The position numbers and the translations under genes were made by a program. From positions 1 to 64,000 of the IMG/VR virus record IMGVR_UViG_3300046782_000129: a DNA stretch of 64,000 bases, one strand, 5' to 3'. The notes under the pieces were generated by a model, which was not told where the DNA came from, searched no databases, and saw nothing but the letters and a program-made list of their open reading frames with translations. The DNA comes from a virus. This document shows, in pieces, positions 29,397 to 39,389 of this stretch (positions are counted from its first letter, which is position 1; every line of letters begins with the position of its first letter).

Positions 29397-30576
29397 TTTT
29401 GCCACGGCCTTCAAGGCCAAGCTTCCATTCATCGGGGTACACACTGACGATCCGGTCAATGTGCGGTTGATTCTCCAGCACTGGTCTGGGAAGACGCTCC
29501 AGCCGCTGCCGACCGCCAAGCAGGCCCCAGTGGGGGACGCCTACCTCTGGTGGACGGAAGACCTGACGATGGTCACGACGGACACGTACCGCAGGCTCTG
29601 TGCGGTGGCGGCAAGCTGCGTGGTCGTGAACCCCGACAAGCCCTCGTCACTGGTGTATGACACGGGGACCCTTCAGACGCCGCCCGAGTTCTACCGGCAG
29701 TACCTGAAGGAGTTCGTGCAGGAAGACCAGATCGAGCCGGTGGTCCAGCAATTGAAGGGCCTATCCCTGAAGTCCGCGCAAGAGGTGGTGCAGTTGACCA
29801 TGGCGCGGGCGCAATCAGTTGCACCGCACGAGGTGAGGAAGACCCGTCAGATGATGGGCGGGGAGACGCCCGGTCTGACCACGTTGGACACGGAATTCGA
29901 CTTCTACGAGTGGCCCAAGCCCCTTCAAGACTGGCTAGCCCTCAACGACAAGTATTTTCTGGACCTGAACACGCCCATGCAGTTGGTGCCGAGAGGCTTA
30001 CTGCTGGCCGGGGACGCAGGCACCGGTAAGTCCATGGCGGCAAAGGTGTTAGCCAAGCATTGGGACGTGCCCTGCTTCCGGCTGGACGTCTCCACGAGCC
30101 TGAATCGGTTCCTTGGAGAATCAGAAAGTCGGATCGCCAGAAATCTGAATGTCATCGAACAGAGTGCGCCGTGCGTGTGGCTCCTCGATGAAGTCGAGAA
30201 GCTGTTCGCGTCCAATGGCGATGAAGGCACCACCCAGCGCATCCTCAGTCAGATGCTCTGGTGGTTGCAGGCCCACACGTCACGGGTGTTGACCATCATG
30301 ACGACCAACAACCTGTCCAGCATCCCGAAGGAGTTGTACCGGGCCGAGCGGTTGGACAAGGTGATCCATCTGGAGAAGCTATCTCTCTCAGGAGCGAAGC
30401 AGTTTGCCACGAGGGTCTACGAATCGGTGTTGAAGGCTCCCATGACCCCGAAGCGGGCCAAGGTGATCCGGGATGCACTGGACAGGGGTGACAAAGGGAC
30501 GTATGCTCACGCCGAGGTCCGCGTGCTAGTTTATGAGACGATCAAGGAGCAAGGGTGGGTGGACCCCAACACCTAA
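29389..30576 (+). CDS. AAA+ ATPase (Ycf46-like)
   Basis: Walker A GDAGTGKS, Walker B WLLDEVEK, PKELYRAERLD. Confidence 0.88.
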   Translation: MLDFATAFKAKLPFIGVHTDDPVNVRLILQHWSGKTLQPLPTAKQAPVGDAYLWWTEDLTMVTTDTYRRLCAVAASCVVVNPDKPSSLVYDTGTLQTPPEFYRQYLKEFVQEDQIEPVVQQLKGLSLKSAQEVVQLTMARAQSVAPHEVRKTRQMMGGETPGLTTLDTEFDFYEWPKPLQDWLALNDKYFLDLNTPMQLVPRGLLLAGDAGTGKSMAAKVLAKHWDVPCFRLDVSTSLNRFLGESESRIARNLNVIEQSAPCVWLLDEVEKLFASNGDEGTTQRILSQMLWWLQAHTSRVLTIMTTNNLSSIPKELYRAERLDKVIHLEKLSLSGAKQFATRVYESVLKAPMTPKRAKVIRDALDRGDKGTYAHAEVRVLVYETIKEQGWVDPNT

Positions 30577-30584
30577 GGGTCGAT

Positions 30585-30614
30585 TTGACAACGGAAATCG
30601 ATTCGTGCTAGACT
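30585..30614 (+). promoter_or_regulatory. sigma70-type promoter
   Basis: TTGACA-N18-TAGACT with extended TG. Confidence 0.65.
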
Positions 30615-30653
30615 AGGCTACGGTCGATTTTGACCCCAATGGAGTGTAAAAAA

Positions 30654-31265
30654 ATGGCAGACACGCAGAACCCTCTTCACTATCACGGATCGAGCAATCA
30701 CTACGTGGATGTGGCCGTCCGGGGCGGCGACGAACATCTTGGCCTGAACGTCGAGTACGCGGTTCACCCACACGGGTTCGGCGCGTTCATCGTTCGGTTC
30801 GTGGTTCACGGGAAAGGTGTGGACCCCAAGAACTACGTCCACCTGACCTACCGGCAGTCGGCCAAGTTCATCATCCCGGCCACCAAGACGACCGGCGCGG
30901 AGTTGTTCAAGGGCATCCGCCTCAACAAGGTGGCGATCAAAGCCTTCGAACCTGCCGTGCAGCGGTTCGAACTGGACCACTTTGCCACGAAGTTCGGCAT
31001 GTGGGACACCCTGACCGAGTGGATCGCGGATCAGATCACGGCGGAGGGATTTACGTTCAACCCCGCCATCACGGATTTCAAAGAGACGGTCAAGTCGCTG
31101 ATGGTCCCCAAGGCCACGCCCGAAGACAGCGTGAAGAGCATCATCGAGTTCCCGGATCTGAATTCTCCGGAGCAGAAGGCGGCGGCTCTCCACTTGGTGC
31201 AGGCCCCCGACGAAGACGAGACTGACGAAGACGACAGCGACGAAGACGACGACACCATCAACTAG
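30654..31265 (+). CDS. Hypothetical protein with acidic tail
   Basis: GGAG RBS; strong GC3 codon bias. Confidence 0.75.
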   Translation: MADTQNPLHYHGSSNHYVDVAVRGGDEHLGLNVEYAVHPHGFGAFIVRFVVHGKGVDPKNYVHLTYRQSAKFIIPATKTTGAELFKGIRLNKVAIKAFEPAVQRFELDHFATKFGMWDTLTEWIADQITAEGFTFNPAITDFKETVKSLMVPKATPEDSVKSIIEFPDLNSPEQKAAALHLVQAPDEDETDEDDSDEDDDTIN

Positions 31266-31291
31266 CCAACGGCTGAAGGAGCAGAACGCAC

Positions 31292-31999
31292 ATGGTCATG
31301 AAACGGAAGCCGCTGGCGGAACGTCTGCGGGCAAAACTGAAGACGCTGGGGTTTCCCGAGCGTAAGGCGACCGAGGTCGCCAAGAAACTCGCTCCGGTGG
31401 CCGCGAAGCCCCCGGCGAAGGGTACGGTCTTCCTCAAACTGGTCTCCAAGCTGGAGAAGCTGGGGTTGTCGGATCGCAAGGCCAAGACGGTGGCGAAAGG
31501 CTTGTCGCCACTCGTCAAGGCCGAGCACCGGTCGCAGGCGGCTGATCCCAAGGCCCCGAAGGTCCCCAAGGACCTGACGGCCCCACTGGATCTGCCGGTG
31601 GCCCCGATGGAGGGCATCAAGGGCATCGAACTGATGCGCGTCATGAACGGTCTCTCGTCCACGGCCACCTATCTGGTGGCGGCGGTCAAGGGAGACGTGG
31701 GGATCGTGGCCATCCGGAAGTTCTCGGACGAGTACTTCAACGTGAAATTCTATCCGAACATGCGGTACTGGAATCGCACGCCCGGAGAGTTGGAAGCCTT
31801 GGCGGCGACTGACTATCTCCAGCGTCAGTGGTACGAGCGGATGCACTTCAGCAACCACGGACTGGCCAAGCTGCTGGTCATGTTGCAGGACGAAGCCAAG
31901 CCCAAGTCCCGCATGAAGAACCTGATGGACCGCTTCATGGCGGTGGCGTTCAAGTCGTTGTTCAAGGCGTTCGACAAGTTGTACAGCCGAGCGGCGTAA
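31292..31999 (+). CDS. Hypothetical Lys-rich protein with duplicated N-terminal motif
   Basis: KLKTLGFPERKATEVAK / KLEKLGLSDRKAKTVAK. Confidence 0.75.
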   Translation: MVMKRKPLAERLRAKLKTLGFPERKATEVAKKLAPVAAKPPAKGTVFLKLVSKLEKLGLSDRKAKTVAKGLSPLVKAEHRSQAADPKAPKVPKDLTAPLDLPVAPMEGIKGIELMRVMNGLSSTATYLVAAVKGDVGIVAIRKFSDEYFNVKFYPNMRYWNRTPGELEALAATDYLQRQWYERMHFSNHGLAKLLVMLQDEAKPKSRMKNLMDRFMAVAFKSLFKAFDKLYSRAA

Positions 32000-32014
32000 C
32001 CAAAGGGAGAGCTA

Positions 32015-32260
32015 ATGGCAAATCCTGATCGAGAAACGGTGGCGGAGAGTACGGACAAGGTGGTGAAAGTCGTACAGTATCCCAACGGGGATTACATTGT
32101 CCGTTTTCAAGGGATCCGGTTAACGGTGGAGCGGTTCATCTTCGATAAGAACGGGGGCAACATCGTGTTGCGTAGAGATACCCGTCCGTCACGACGTGAT
32201 GAAGCGTTCATCGTGATTCCGAAGGCGGCTGGCGTCGAGGGTGAAGAGGAGAAGTCGTGA
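32015..32260 (+). CDS. Small hypothetical protein
   Basis: GGGAG RBS. Confidence 0.6.
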   Translation: MANPDRETVAESTDKVVKVVQYPNGDYIVRFQGIRLTVERFIFDKNGGNIVLRRDTRPSRRDEAFIVIPKAAGVEGEEEKS

Positions 32261-32622
32261 GACTGCTGGAGACCAGAGAAGACGTCACCAACTACATCGA
32301 TCATTTGATGTGGGGCATCGAGCATCACGCGGCCAGTCTCAAAGGCGTTGCGGAGACGGCCTTGACGCATCTGTTGCGGTACGCGGAGCAGCCTCCGCAA
32401 GTGCGGACGTTCCGTGGATCGATTGCCAATGCATTGTGGGCGACCATTGGTGGGCAGCGGTATGCGTTCAGTGCGGCCAAAAATGCGCTGAGCCAGTACT
32501 CCATCGTGATCAAGCGTGGCGGCGTGCAGGGTCCCGTGGTAGCCACCTTGACCGCCACGATGTCACGAGATGAAATTGTATCGGTGTTCAGGCAGTTGAA
32601 GTACGTCGGCAAAGCGGCGTAA
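32257..32622 (+). CDS. Hypothetical protein resembling integron-cassette family VCH_CASS14
   Basis: HHA...NALW.TIGGQRYAFS...QG pattern, recalled from memory. Confidence 0.5.
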   Translation: MRLLETREDVTNYIDHLMWGIEHHAASLKGVAETALTHLLRYAEQPPQVRTFRGSIANALWATIGGQRYAFSAAKNALSQYSIVIKRGGVQGPVVATLTATMSRDEIVSVFRQLKYVGKAA

Positions 32623-32643
32623 GTAACTTTCGTCGGGGGGATC

Positions 32644-33732
32644 ATGACCCATCCGGTGTTGTTGCGTCCTGAGTGTGTCGAGGCAGGGGGAGACGTGGTT
32701 GTCGGTCTCCTTCTGTCTCAGATCGTGTACTGGTACCTTCCAGACAAAGAGGGCAAGCCCAAACTCCGAATCCATCGCCACGGGTTATACTGGGTAATGA
32801 AGACCCGTGAGGATTGGATGGAAGAGACCGGGTTGACGCTGGAGCAGTACAAGCGTGCTGTGGCCGTGTTGAAGCGGAAGGGGTTGGTAGAGACGCGGGT
32901 GATGCGGCGGTTCAATGGAGACGCCGTGACCCATCTGCGTCTCTTGCAACCGATTGCCGGGGCCACACTGCCCCTGCCGCCACGGTGGCTGAAGCCCCCA
33001 ACCGGCTGGAGTCAGACCCCCCACGCGGATGGTGGGAAAGCCACCACGCAAGTACAGATAGTACAGAAAACAGAGAAGACCGAAGAAGAGAAAGAAAAGA
33101 TCCTCATAAGTATTGGCGAAACACAGAGCAGTTTCGCTAGTAATCTTGGATCCTCTGTAAAAGGAAGTAATAGCGAGGGGAATCAAGAGCAAGGTCAAGA
33201 GCAGGGAAAGAGCAGTACAAAAGCTATAACTCCGAATTTGTCAATTGCAGTTCAGAAACACCCATGGTGGGCCATGAACGCCAAAGAGGTCTTGAAAGCG
33301 CATCAGGCGAGTCTCAACGGAGAGTTGGGGGCCTACTGGCAATCACGGGTCAAGCTGGTGACAGAGAACCCGAAGGCGTATCTGCCACCCCTGACGCTGA
33401 AACAGAGGGGACAACTTTCCCATCTGAAGAAGAAGCTGGGTGAGATGACGAGACCGGTGATCGCCTACGCGGTGGAGCACTGGATGAAGTTTGCGAGTGA
33501 GGCGGCTGACTACGCGGGCTGGTCCGACTACCCGACCAACCCGGATATTGGCTTTCTCTTGAAGCACCACCATGTGGCAGTGAATTTGCTTATGCCAAAG
33601 GCACCCAAGCCGAAGGCGACCCCGGCAGTGGAGGCGGTGCAATCGGTTGCACCGGTAGCGAAGAAGGAACCCGTTCATGTGCTGACGTTGAAGGAGTTGA
33701 CGGAGCTATTGGACGAGTACCACTCTTCGTAA
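32644..33732 (+). CDS. Putative replication initiator (N-terminal wHTH)
   Basis: LLLSQIVYWY...KTREDWMEETGLT...LKRKGLVE; upstream of DnaC/DnaB-like genes. Confidence 0.75.
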   Translation: MTHPVLLRPECVEAGGDVVVGLLLSQIVYWYLPDKEGKPKLRIHRHGLYWVMKTREDWMEETGLTLEQYKRAVAVLKRKGLVETRVMRRFNGDAVTHLRLLQPIAGATLPLPPRWLKPPTGWSQTPHADGGKATTQVQIVQKTEKTEEEKEKILISIGETQSSFASNLGSSVKGSNSEGNQEQGQEQGKSSTKAITPNLSIAVQKHPWWAMNAKEVLKAHQASLNGELGAYWQSRVKLVTENPKAYLPPLTLKQRGQLSHLKKKLGEMTRPVIAYAVEHWMKFASEAADYAGWSDYPTNPDIGFLLKHHHVAVNLLMPKAPKPKATPAVEAVQSVAPVAKKEPVHVLTLKELTELLDEYHSS

Positions 33733-33744
33733 GGAGACGGAATC

Positions 33745-34314
33745 GTGACGACCGGCATGCTTGACGCGAAGGAGCACGAGCGGATTATTGCCGACTTTGA
33801 ACGGGTGTGTACGACCGCTGGCATCCAAGGCCATTTTTTGCACGAGTCCATGATGACGTATTGCGGCCCGATTGAAGTGGATTGGGTCCGAAAGTTCTGG
33901 CGATACAAGAAAGCCGGGGTGGCGGGACTGGCCTTGGTGAACATCTCTCGCCCCGACACCCGGTGTCAGGCGATTGCTGCCGCCTTGGTGCGGCACTACG
34001 TGGATGCCCGTGTGATCCCGTTGAACACGCTGATCGATAGCACTTCCAATGGCAACCGTCCTCCGTCTCCTACGGTGCTGTTGATCCCCAACCTGTACAT
34101 GGCGGCGACCAACTACAAGACGTTGGCGTGGCGGGTGCAGGCCATGTACGATTTGTTGTTGGAGCGGGCCACGAGAGGCAAGCCCACCGTGGTGTACGTC
34201 GAGAACCTGAAGCCGGGGATGGGTCTGGCCAAAGCCTACGGCGAACCGTTCCGAGATTTTCTCAGCCGATTCATGCAGGTCGAGGAGGAAGCCGTCCATG
34301 AGCAGGTCGGATGA
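33745..34314 (+). CDS. DnaC-like helicase loader, degenerate P-loop
   Basis: AIAAAL, VLLIPNL, YDLLLERATRGKPTVV; no GxGKT. Confidence 0.55.
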   Translation: MTTGMLDAKEHERIIADFERVCTTAGIQGHFLHESMMTYCGPIEVDWVRKFWRYKKAGVAGLALVNISRPDTRCQAIAAALVRHYVDARVIPLNTLIDSTSNGNRPPSPTVLLIPNLYMAATNYKTLAWRVQAMYDLLLERATRGKPTVVYVENLKPGMGLAKAYGEPFRDFLSRFMQVEEEAVHEQVG

Positions 34315-34519
34315 CGATCACAGCGATTTGAGGATCATCGCAGCGGTACTGGCGCACAAGGCGGGGTTGAATGCCGTCCAGCCTGATCCGGAACAGATTG
34401 CGATGATCCAGACGTTTGCCCAGCAGCATGGGCAGACGTTGGACAAGGAAGAGATTATCCGGTGCTTGCGAAAAGCCCAGATTGAGCTACTGGAACGCCA
34501 GCTAGACAACAAAGAATAG
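34298..34519 (+). CDS. Small hypothetical protein
   Basis: GAGGAGG RBS. Confidence 0.55.
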   Translation: MSRSDDDHSDLRIIAAVLAHKAGLNAVQPDPEQIAMIQTFAQQHGQTLDKEEIIRCLRKAQIELLERQLDNKE

Positions 34520-34528
34520 GAATCTGCC

Positions 34529-35815
34529 GTGGCCTACGCAATTGGAGTGAAGGCAATTAAGCGGTTGTGTGTCGAGCAGAGTCCTATCACGTGGCAGAAG
34601 GCAAAGCTCTCGCCCATCCTCTTCAAACCGTATGAACAACCCCTGTTTGCGTGGGTGCAGACGCATGTGAAGCAGTTCCATGTGCTGCCGCAAGTCGAGA
34701 CGTTGCAGGCGATGTTTCCGGACACGGTGCCGGTGGAGACGCCCGAGCCGTCGAGCTACTACCTCAAGGCCCTAGAGCAGCAGTTCTTCTACGACACGCT
34801 GAACAAGACCAATCTGGCGTCTCAAGACCTCCTCAAAGAGGATCAGGACGCTTCAGACGCCGCGATGGAGATTCTGCGAACTGGAGTCAGAACCATTACG
34901 GAACAGAAGTACCGGGCACGGATTTTGGACGTGGGGATGGATGCGGCGGCGTTGGTGCTCAAGGCGTATCACAATACCGCGCTGTTAGAGTATGTGGCCG
35001 CGTTTGGGTGGCCGTATTTAGATGAGCAGTCGGGTGGCGTCATGCCGGGGGATGTCATCAGCTTCGTGGGGCGACCAGCGGTCGGGAAGACATGGCTGAC
35101 GTTGTGGAGTGCGCTCCACAACTGGACCGTCAGAAAATTGAATGTGCTCTACGTCTCTATGGAGATGATGACGCTGCCGATTGCCCAGCGTATCACGGCG
35201 TTGTATTCCAAACAGAACATCGCGCAGTTGAAGATGGCGGGCTACAGTAATCAGACCTTCGATAAGTTCATGAAGGGTCTGAAGGCCATGAAGAAGGAAG
35301 AGGCCAAGATGTACGTGGTGGACGGCAATCTGGCCACCAGTGCCGAAGACCTGTTTGCCTTGGCGGAGATGCTGGAGTGCCGGGTGGTGTTTATCGACGG
35401 GGCCTACCTCCTTCGCCATCGCAACGTGCGACTGGACCGCTTTACCCGAGCGGCAGAGAACGTGGAACTGATCAAGCGGCACTGCACCGACTTAGAAATC
35501 ATGACGTTCTGTAGCTGGCAGTTCAACCGCGAAGCCTCCAAGAAACAGAAGAAGGGCGGCGTGGAGCATGGGGACTTGGAAGATATCGGCTACACGGACG
35601 CCATTGGACAGATCAGCAGTATTGCCTTGTCGCTCTTTCAAGAAGACAGCGTGGAGACGATCAAGGAGCGGAAGATCCAAGTGATGAAGGGCCGCAACGG
35701 AGAGGTGGGGCAGTTTACCATCGCGTGGGACTTCATCAGCATGTCCTTCCAGCAAATCTATCCCGTGGTGGGCATCGAGAAGGCTGAACCGAATACGGAT
35801 TTCGATACCTTGTGA
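34529..35815 (+). CDS. dnaB: DnaB-like (SF4) replicative helicase
   Basis: GRPAVGKT, YVSMEM, VFIDGAY, WQFNRE, MKGRNGE. Confidence 0.88.
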   Translation: MAYAIGVKAIKRLCVEQSPITWQKAKLSPILFKPYEQPLFAWVQTHVKQFHVLPQVETLQAMFPDTVPVETPEPSSYYLKALEQQFFYDTLNKTNLASQDLLKEDQDASDAAMEILRTGVRTITEQKYRARILDVGMDAAALVLKAYHNTALLEYVAAFGWPYLDEQSGGVMPGDVISFVGRPAVGKTWLTLWSALHNWTVRKLNVLYVSMEMMTLPIAQRITALYSKQNIAQLKMAGYSNQTFDKFMKGLKAMKKEEAKMYVVDGNLATSAEDLFALAEMLECRVVFIDGAYLLRHRNVRLDRFTRAAENVELIKRHCTDLEIMTFCSWQFNREASKKQKKGGVEHGDLEDIGYTDAIGQISSIALSLFQEDSVETIKERKIQVMKGRNGEVGQFTIAWDFISMSFQQIYPVVGIEKAEPNTDFDTL

Positions 35816-36012
35816 CCACCGTGCCGGTCTCCCCCGAGGCATTGAAGCCGTGGCATCGTTGGTTGGTGCAGATTCGTCCCATGCGATTGGGGCGGTGGAT
35901 GCCGTTCACCGTGCATACCTTTCGATGGATGGCCTATCGTCAAGCTGAGTACGCCACCCGCGAATACAAATGTGAAGCCCGAGTCATTCGTCCGAGTGAG
36001 CAGGAGGAATAA
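35812..36012 (+). CDS. Small hypothetical protein
   Basis: Coupled GTGA and TAATG overlaps. Confidence 0.45.
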   Translation: MTTVPVSPEALKPWHRWLVQIRPMRLGRWMPFTVHTFRWMAYRQAEYATREYKCEARVIRPSEQEE

Positions 36013-36935
36013 TGCCGTGCATTTGTCCGAGTGATCCCAAGCTGGAACTGGTGTACACCGTCATGGACTGCCCGGTGCATGGTGTGGGAGTGCGTGCCCC
36101 CGGAGGCGTGCCCGGACCACCCGGAGCACAAGGCCCTCCCGGACCTCAAGGTGAACCCGGACCTACTGGTCCAGCCGGTCCCGCAGGGCCAGCCGGTCCT
36201 ACTGGTCCTGAAGGTCCAGTCGGGGCGACCGGCCCCGAAGGTCCCAGAGGACAGCAAGGTCCTCCGGGAGAGTACGCCATCGGCCCTCCCGGAGAACAAG
36301 GCCCTCAGGGGGTACCGGGACCACAAGGCCCCAAAGGAGACCAAGGTGAACCCGGAGATGTTGGGCCTACTGGTAGTGCTGGACCTGTTGGCGATCACGG
36401 GGCTGATGGCCCACGCGGCGAAACAGGACCGCAAGGAAGCGATGGCCCGCAGGGACCACAAGGACCCCCCGGACCCCAAGGTCCCACTGGTATGACCGGA
36501 CCCGGTGGCAGCGGCCCAGCCGGTCCTCCCGGCCCGATGGGTCCCCAAGGCATGCCCGGACCCGTGGGAGCCACCGGACCCTCAGGACAGGGGCCAGCCG
36601 GTCCAGTGGGGCAGGCAGGCCCACCGGGACCTCCCGGACCCGCAGGCCCTCCCGGCGAACCGATGGGGTGTTCACGTGAGGAAGTGCAGGCGATGATCGA
36701 TGCGGCACTCGCCCCCATCTTGTCGGCGTTATCAGACGCCGTGATGTACGGCGGATCAGTGGCCCTGAAGTCGTCTGGAAGTCACGGACAGACTGGGGTT
36801 TTTGACCACGAGGGTAAGTATCTGTGCGCGGACAAGGGTGGACCCGAAAACAGTGGGGACCTGTTCAAATTGACAGGTCGGAACTACGTGGATGTCAACG
36901 AGTCGTGGACCATCGACCGAGGTAAGGACGAATAG
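36012..36935 (+). CDS. Collagen-like (Gly-X-Y) protein
   Basis: About 60 GXY triplets with few interruptions; C-terminal VALKS...[10 protein letters not shown] fascin-like segment. Confidence 0.88.
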   Translation: MPCICPSDPKLELVYTVMDCPVHGVGVRAPGGVPGPPGAQGPPGPQGEPGPTGPAGPAGPAGPTGPEGPVGATGPEGPRGQQGPPGEYAIGPPGEQGPQGVPGPQGPKGDQGEPGDVGPTGSAGPVGDHGADGPRGETGPQGSDGPQGPQGPPGPQGPTGMTGPGGSGPAGPPGPMGPQGMPGPVGATGPSGQGPAGPVGQAGPPGPPGPAGPPGEPMGCSREEVQAMIDAALAPILSALSDAVMYGGSVALKSSGSHGQTGVFDHEGKYLCADKGGPENSGDLFKLTGRNYVDVNESWTIDRGKDE

Positions 36936-36953
36936 GCAACTGATTGCAGGCAC

Positions 36954-36982
36954 TTGACAAACGGGGGACGGTGTGGCATACT
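36954..36982 (+). promoter_or_regulatory. sigma70-type promoter with upstream palindrome
   Basis: TTGACA-N17-CATACT; palindrome at 36935-36948. Confidence 0.7.
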
Positions 36983-37005
36983 GTTCCCCTCGCCAAGGAG
37001 TGGTC

Positions 37006-37443
37006 ATGTTCGAACGCACACGGTGTGATTGCACTGAATGTCAGAAATGCTGCCACACACAGCCCGGTCATCTGTTGCCCGGACAGATGGAGAAGATCGC
37101 GGAGCATCTGAACCAGCCCATCGCTGAAGTCAAGGAGATGTTCTGGGCGAGTCCCGGTGCCGTGGTCATGGACCAGCGGACGCAGATTCAGTTCCGCGTG
37201 GGCACCATCACCCCCAAATTTGATCGCCGCAAGAAGGCGTGCGTCTTCCTCACCGAGGAAGGGAAGTGCCGCATCCACGAGGTGGCCCCCTTCGGGTGTA
37301 GTTTTTTTGATGCTCACATGTCGAGCTTCGAAGCGCAGAAGCGGGCGCGTTGGGGATTGCAAGTCATCCTCAGCGATGGGGACTACAAGATGTTGCGGCA
37401 GACCCTGCCGTTTGCCGATCATTACAAACCACGTGGGTACTAA
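37006..37443 (+). CDS. YkgJ/FliB-like cysteine-cluster protein
   Basis: CDCTECQKCC...CVFLTEEGKCRIHEVAPFGC. Confidence 0.8.
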   Translation: MFERTRCDCTECQKCCHTQPGHLLPGQMEKIAEHLNQPIAEVKEMFWASPGAVVMDQRTQIQFRVGTITPKFDRRKKACVFLTEEGKCRIHEVAPFGCSFFDAHMSSFEAQKRARWGLQVILSDGDYKMLRQTLPFADHYKPRGY

Positions 37444-37843
37444 GTGGTCTGGAAAACGACATGGCCGGTATGTGGCTGTGAGTAGTGACCGCCACAATGA
37501 ACACCGAGAAGTTGCTGAGAAGGCAGTAGGGAAACCTTTGCCTCTTGGGGTTGAAATTCACCACGTCGATGGTAATGGAAGAAATAATGAAAATCGAAAT
37601 TTGGTGATTTGTCAGGATCACGCTTACCACTACTTGCTGGAGGCCCGAGCGAAGGTTGTGAAGAGGGGTGGAAATCCAGACACGCAACGATGGTGCAGTT
37701 TTTGTAAAGCTCTTAGACCGTTGGAACTATTTTACGTGCGTAAAAGCGGCAGAAACACTGGCCAATGCACTTCAACCTGTAGGCTGTGCCGTCCCGCCAG
37801 ATACAAGAAGTATGGCGAGTACGAGCGCAAGACGGAAGATTGA
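37433..37843 (+). CDS. HNH endonuclease
   Basis: EHREVAE...IHHVDGNGRNNENRNLVIC plus CxxC pairs. Start (GTG) uncertain. Confidence 0.82.
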   Translation: MGTKWSGKRHGRYVAVSSDRHNEHREVAEKAVGKPLPLGVEIHHVDGNGRNNENRNLVICQDHAYHYLLEARAKVVKRGGNPDTQRWCSFCKALRPLELFYVRKSGRNTGQCTSTCRLCRPARYKKYGEYERKTED

Positions 37844-38178
37844 TGCTGAAGTGGAAACCGTCCAAAATTGAAAAGCAGTTTTGGGCGTTTCATTACGCTA
37901 ATCCACAGGTGTACGAGAAATTGAGAGAATTAGCGTTCCAAGTAAAAAACAGTGGACAACGACGGTTTGGTATTCGTTGTTTGTGGGAACGTCTTCGATG
38001 GTGGAGGATGTTGGAGACGGGTGGAAAAGATTTCAAGTTGAATGACCACTACCATTCCCACTACGCCAGACTGTTAATGAGTAATGAACCTACACTTCAT
38101 GGTCTATTCGAATTGCGTAGTTTGAAGTGGAGTAAGAGTCTTCGTGCTGATTTTACAAAAATCTCTCGTTTTGGTTGA
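37843..38178 (+). CDS. Hypothetical protein
   Basis: FH.ANPQVY...WERLRW...FKLND pattern; AT-rich. Confidence 0.65.
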   Translation: MLKWKPSKIEKQFWAFHYANPQVYEKLRELAFQVKNSGQRRFGIRCLWERLRWWRMLETGGKDFKLNDHYHSHYARLLMSNEPTLHGLFELRSLKWSKSLRADFTKISRFG

Positions 38179-38740
38179 CCGAGCCATGGCCTATGCCATG
38201 GCATTTCCCCAGAACAAGGCGTCCCACCTATGGACCGCACAGGAGCAGGGCCGAGACGTGCTCTATGGCCGGTGGCTGTTGGGCAATGACTACCGCAACA
38301 AGACCGAGTACTACGGAGCCTACCCACCGGGGTATCTGAAGCGAGTCATGGCGTTGTTTCCGGATGCCCATCAGGTGCTGCACATGTTCTCTGGGAGTCT
38401 CCCACCGGGCGACTACACCCGAGTGGATCTAGTGCAGCCCGCCGAGTACCAATGTTCGGTCTATGACTTTCCACAGGTGATTACAGACAAGTTCTTTTTG
38501 GTGCTGGCAGACCCGCCCTACACGGCTGAGGATGCCAAGCGATACACCACGCCGATGATCAGTCGGCACCGAGCGTTGGCGGCGTTGGCGGCATGCACGC
38601 AGCCCGGAGGGTTTCTCGTGTGGTTGGACACGTGTTGGCCCATGCATTCGAAAGAGCAGTGGCTGACGGTCGGTCGTATCACCATCACTCGTTCGACCAA
38701 CCATCGAACTCGTGACGTGACCATTTTTCAACGGAGATAA
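38144..38740 (+). CDS. Putative amino (N6A/N4C) DNA methyltransferase
   Basis: VLHMFSG and VLADPPY motifs. Confidence 0.72.
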   Translation: MLILQKSLVLVDRAMAYAMAFPQNKASHLWTAQEQGRDVLYGRWLLGNDYRNKTEYYGAYPPGYLKRVMALFPDAHQVLHMFSGSLPPGDYTRVDLVQPAEYQCSVYDFPQVITDKFFLVLADPPYTAEDAKRYTTPMISRHRALAALAACTQPGGFLVWLDTCWPMHSKEQWLTVGRITITRSTNHRTRDVTIFQRR

Positions 38741-38741
38741 C

Positions 38742-39227
38742 GTGGCTCTCAAACTGAAGAAACCCCTACTGGAAGTCTCAGCGGTGATCGAACCGGTGGT
38801 GATCCCCGACAAGGTACTGGTGCAGCAGCCGGTCGAGTCCGAGACCGAGGCCCTGACGTCCGAGTACATCGAGTTGTATCGGAAGTACGACTACTTCGAA
38901 GTCAAGGCCATGATCAAACGGATGGACGAAATCCGCAAGCAGTTGCTGGCCATCGCCAACGAGACGATGGACGAGAAGAAGCCCGCCATCTTTACCAGTC
39001 CTCAAGGCGAAGTGGAGTTCTCGATCCGCAACAAGGTGGCCGAGGTCCCAGAGCCGTTGACGTTGGTCAAGGATTTGCTTGAGAAGTTTGGTCCCGAGGT
39101 GACGGCAAGTGTGGTGGACATCGCCATCACGCCTCTGCGACAATTGCTCAGCGAATTTGAATTGCAAAAGTACCTCGTGGACGTACCGGGAGGTCGGACA
39201 ATCAAGTCCGTACGCCCGGTGGGGTAA
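38742..39227 (+). CDS. Hypothetical protein
   Basis: GGAG RBS; codon bias. Confidence 0.7.
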   Translation: MALKLKKPLLEVSAVIEPVVIPDKVLVQQPVESETEALTSEYIELYRKYDYFEVKAMIKRMDEIRKQLLAIANETMDEKKPAIFTSPQGEVEFSIRNKVAEVPEPLTLVKDLLEKFGPEVTASVVDIAITPLRQLLSEFELQKYLVDVPGGRTIKSVRPVG

Positions 39228-39245
39228 AACCAAGGGAGACTGCAC

Positions 39246-39389
39246 ATGCTTCACCTCCTCCTGCTTGTGTTCGCGCTCGTGTTCTTCATTCTCGCTACGC
39301 TGCCCATGACTGCGCCGTATCACCCACGGCTGGTCGCAGCGGGATTGGCGTGTCTTACCGCGTCCATGATTCAGTGGCCGGTGTCTTAG
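39246..39389 (+). CDS. Small two-helix membrane protein (47 aa)
   Basis: GGGAG RBS; MLHLLLLVFALVFFILATLP...; not in the ORF track. Confidence 0.6.
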   Translation: MLHLLLLVFALVFFILATLPMTAPYHPRLVAAGLACLTASMIQWPVS

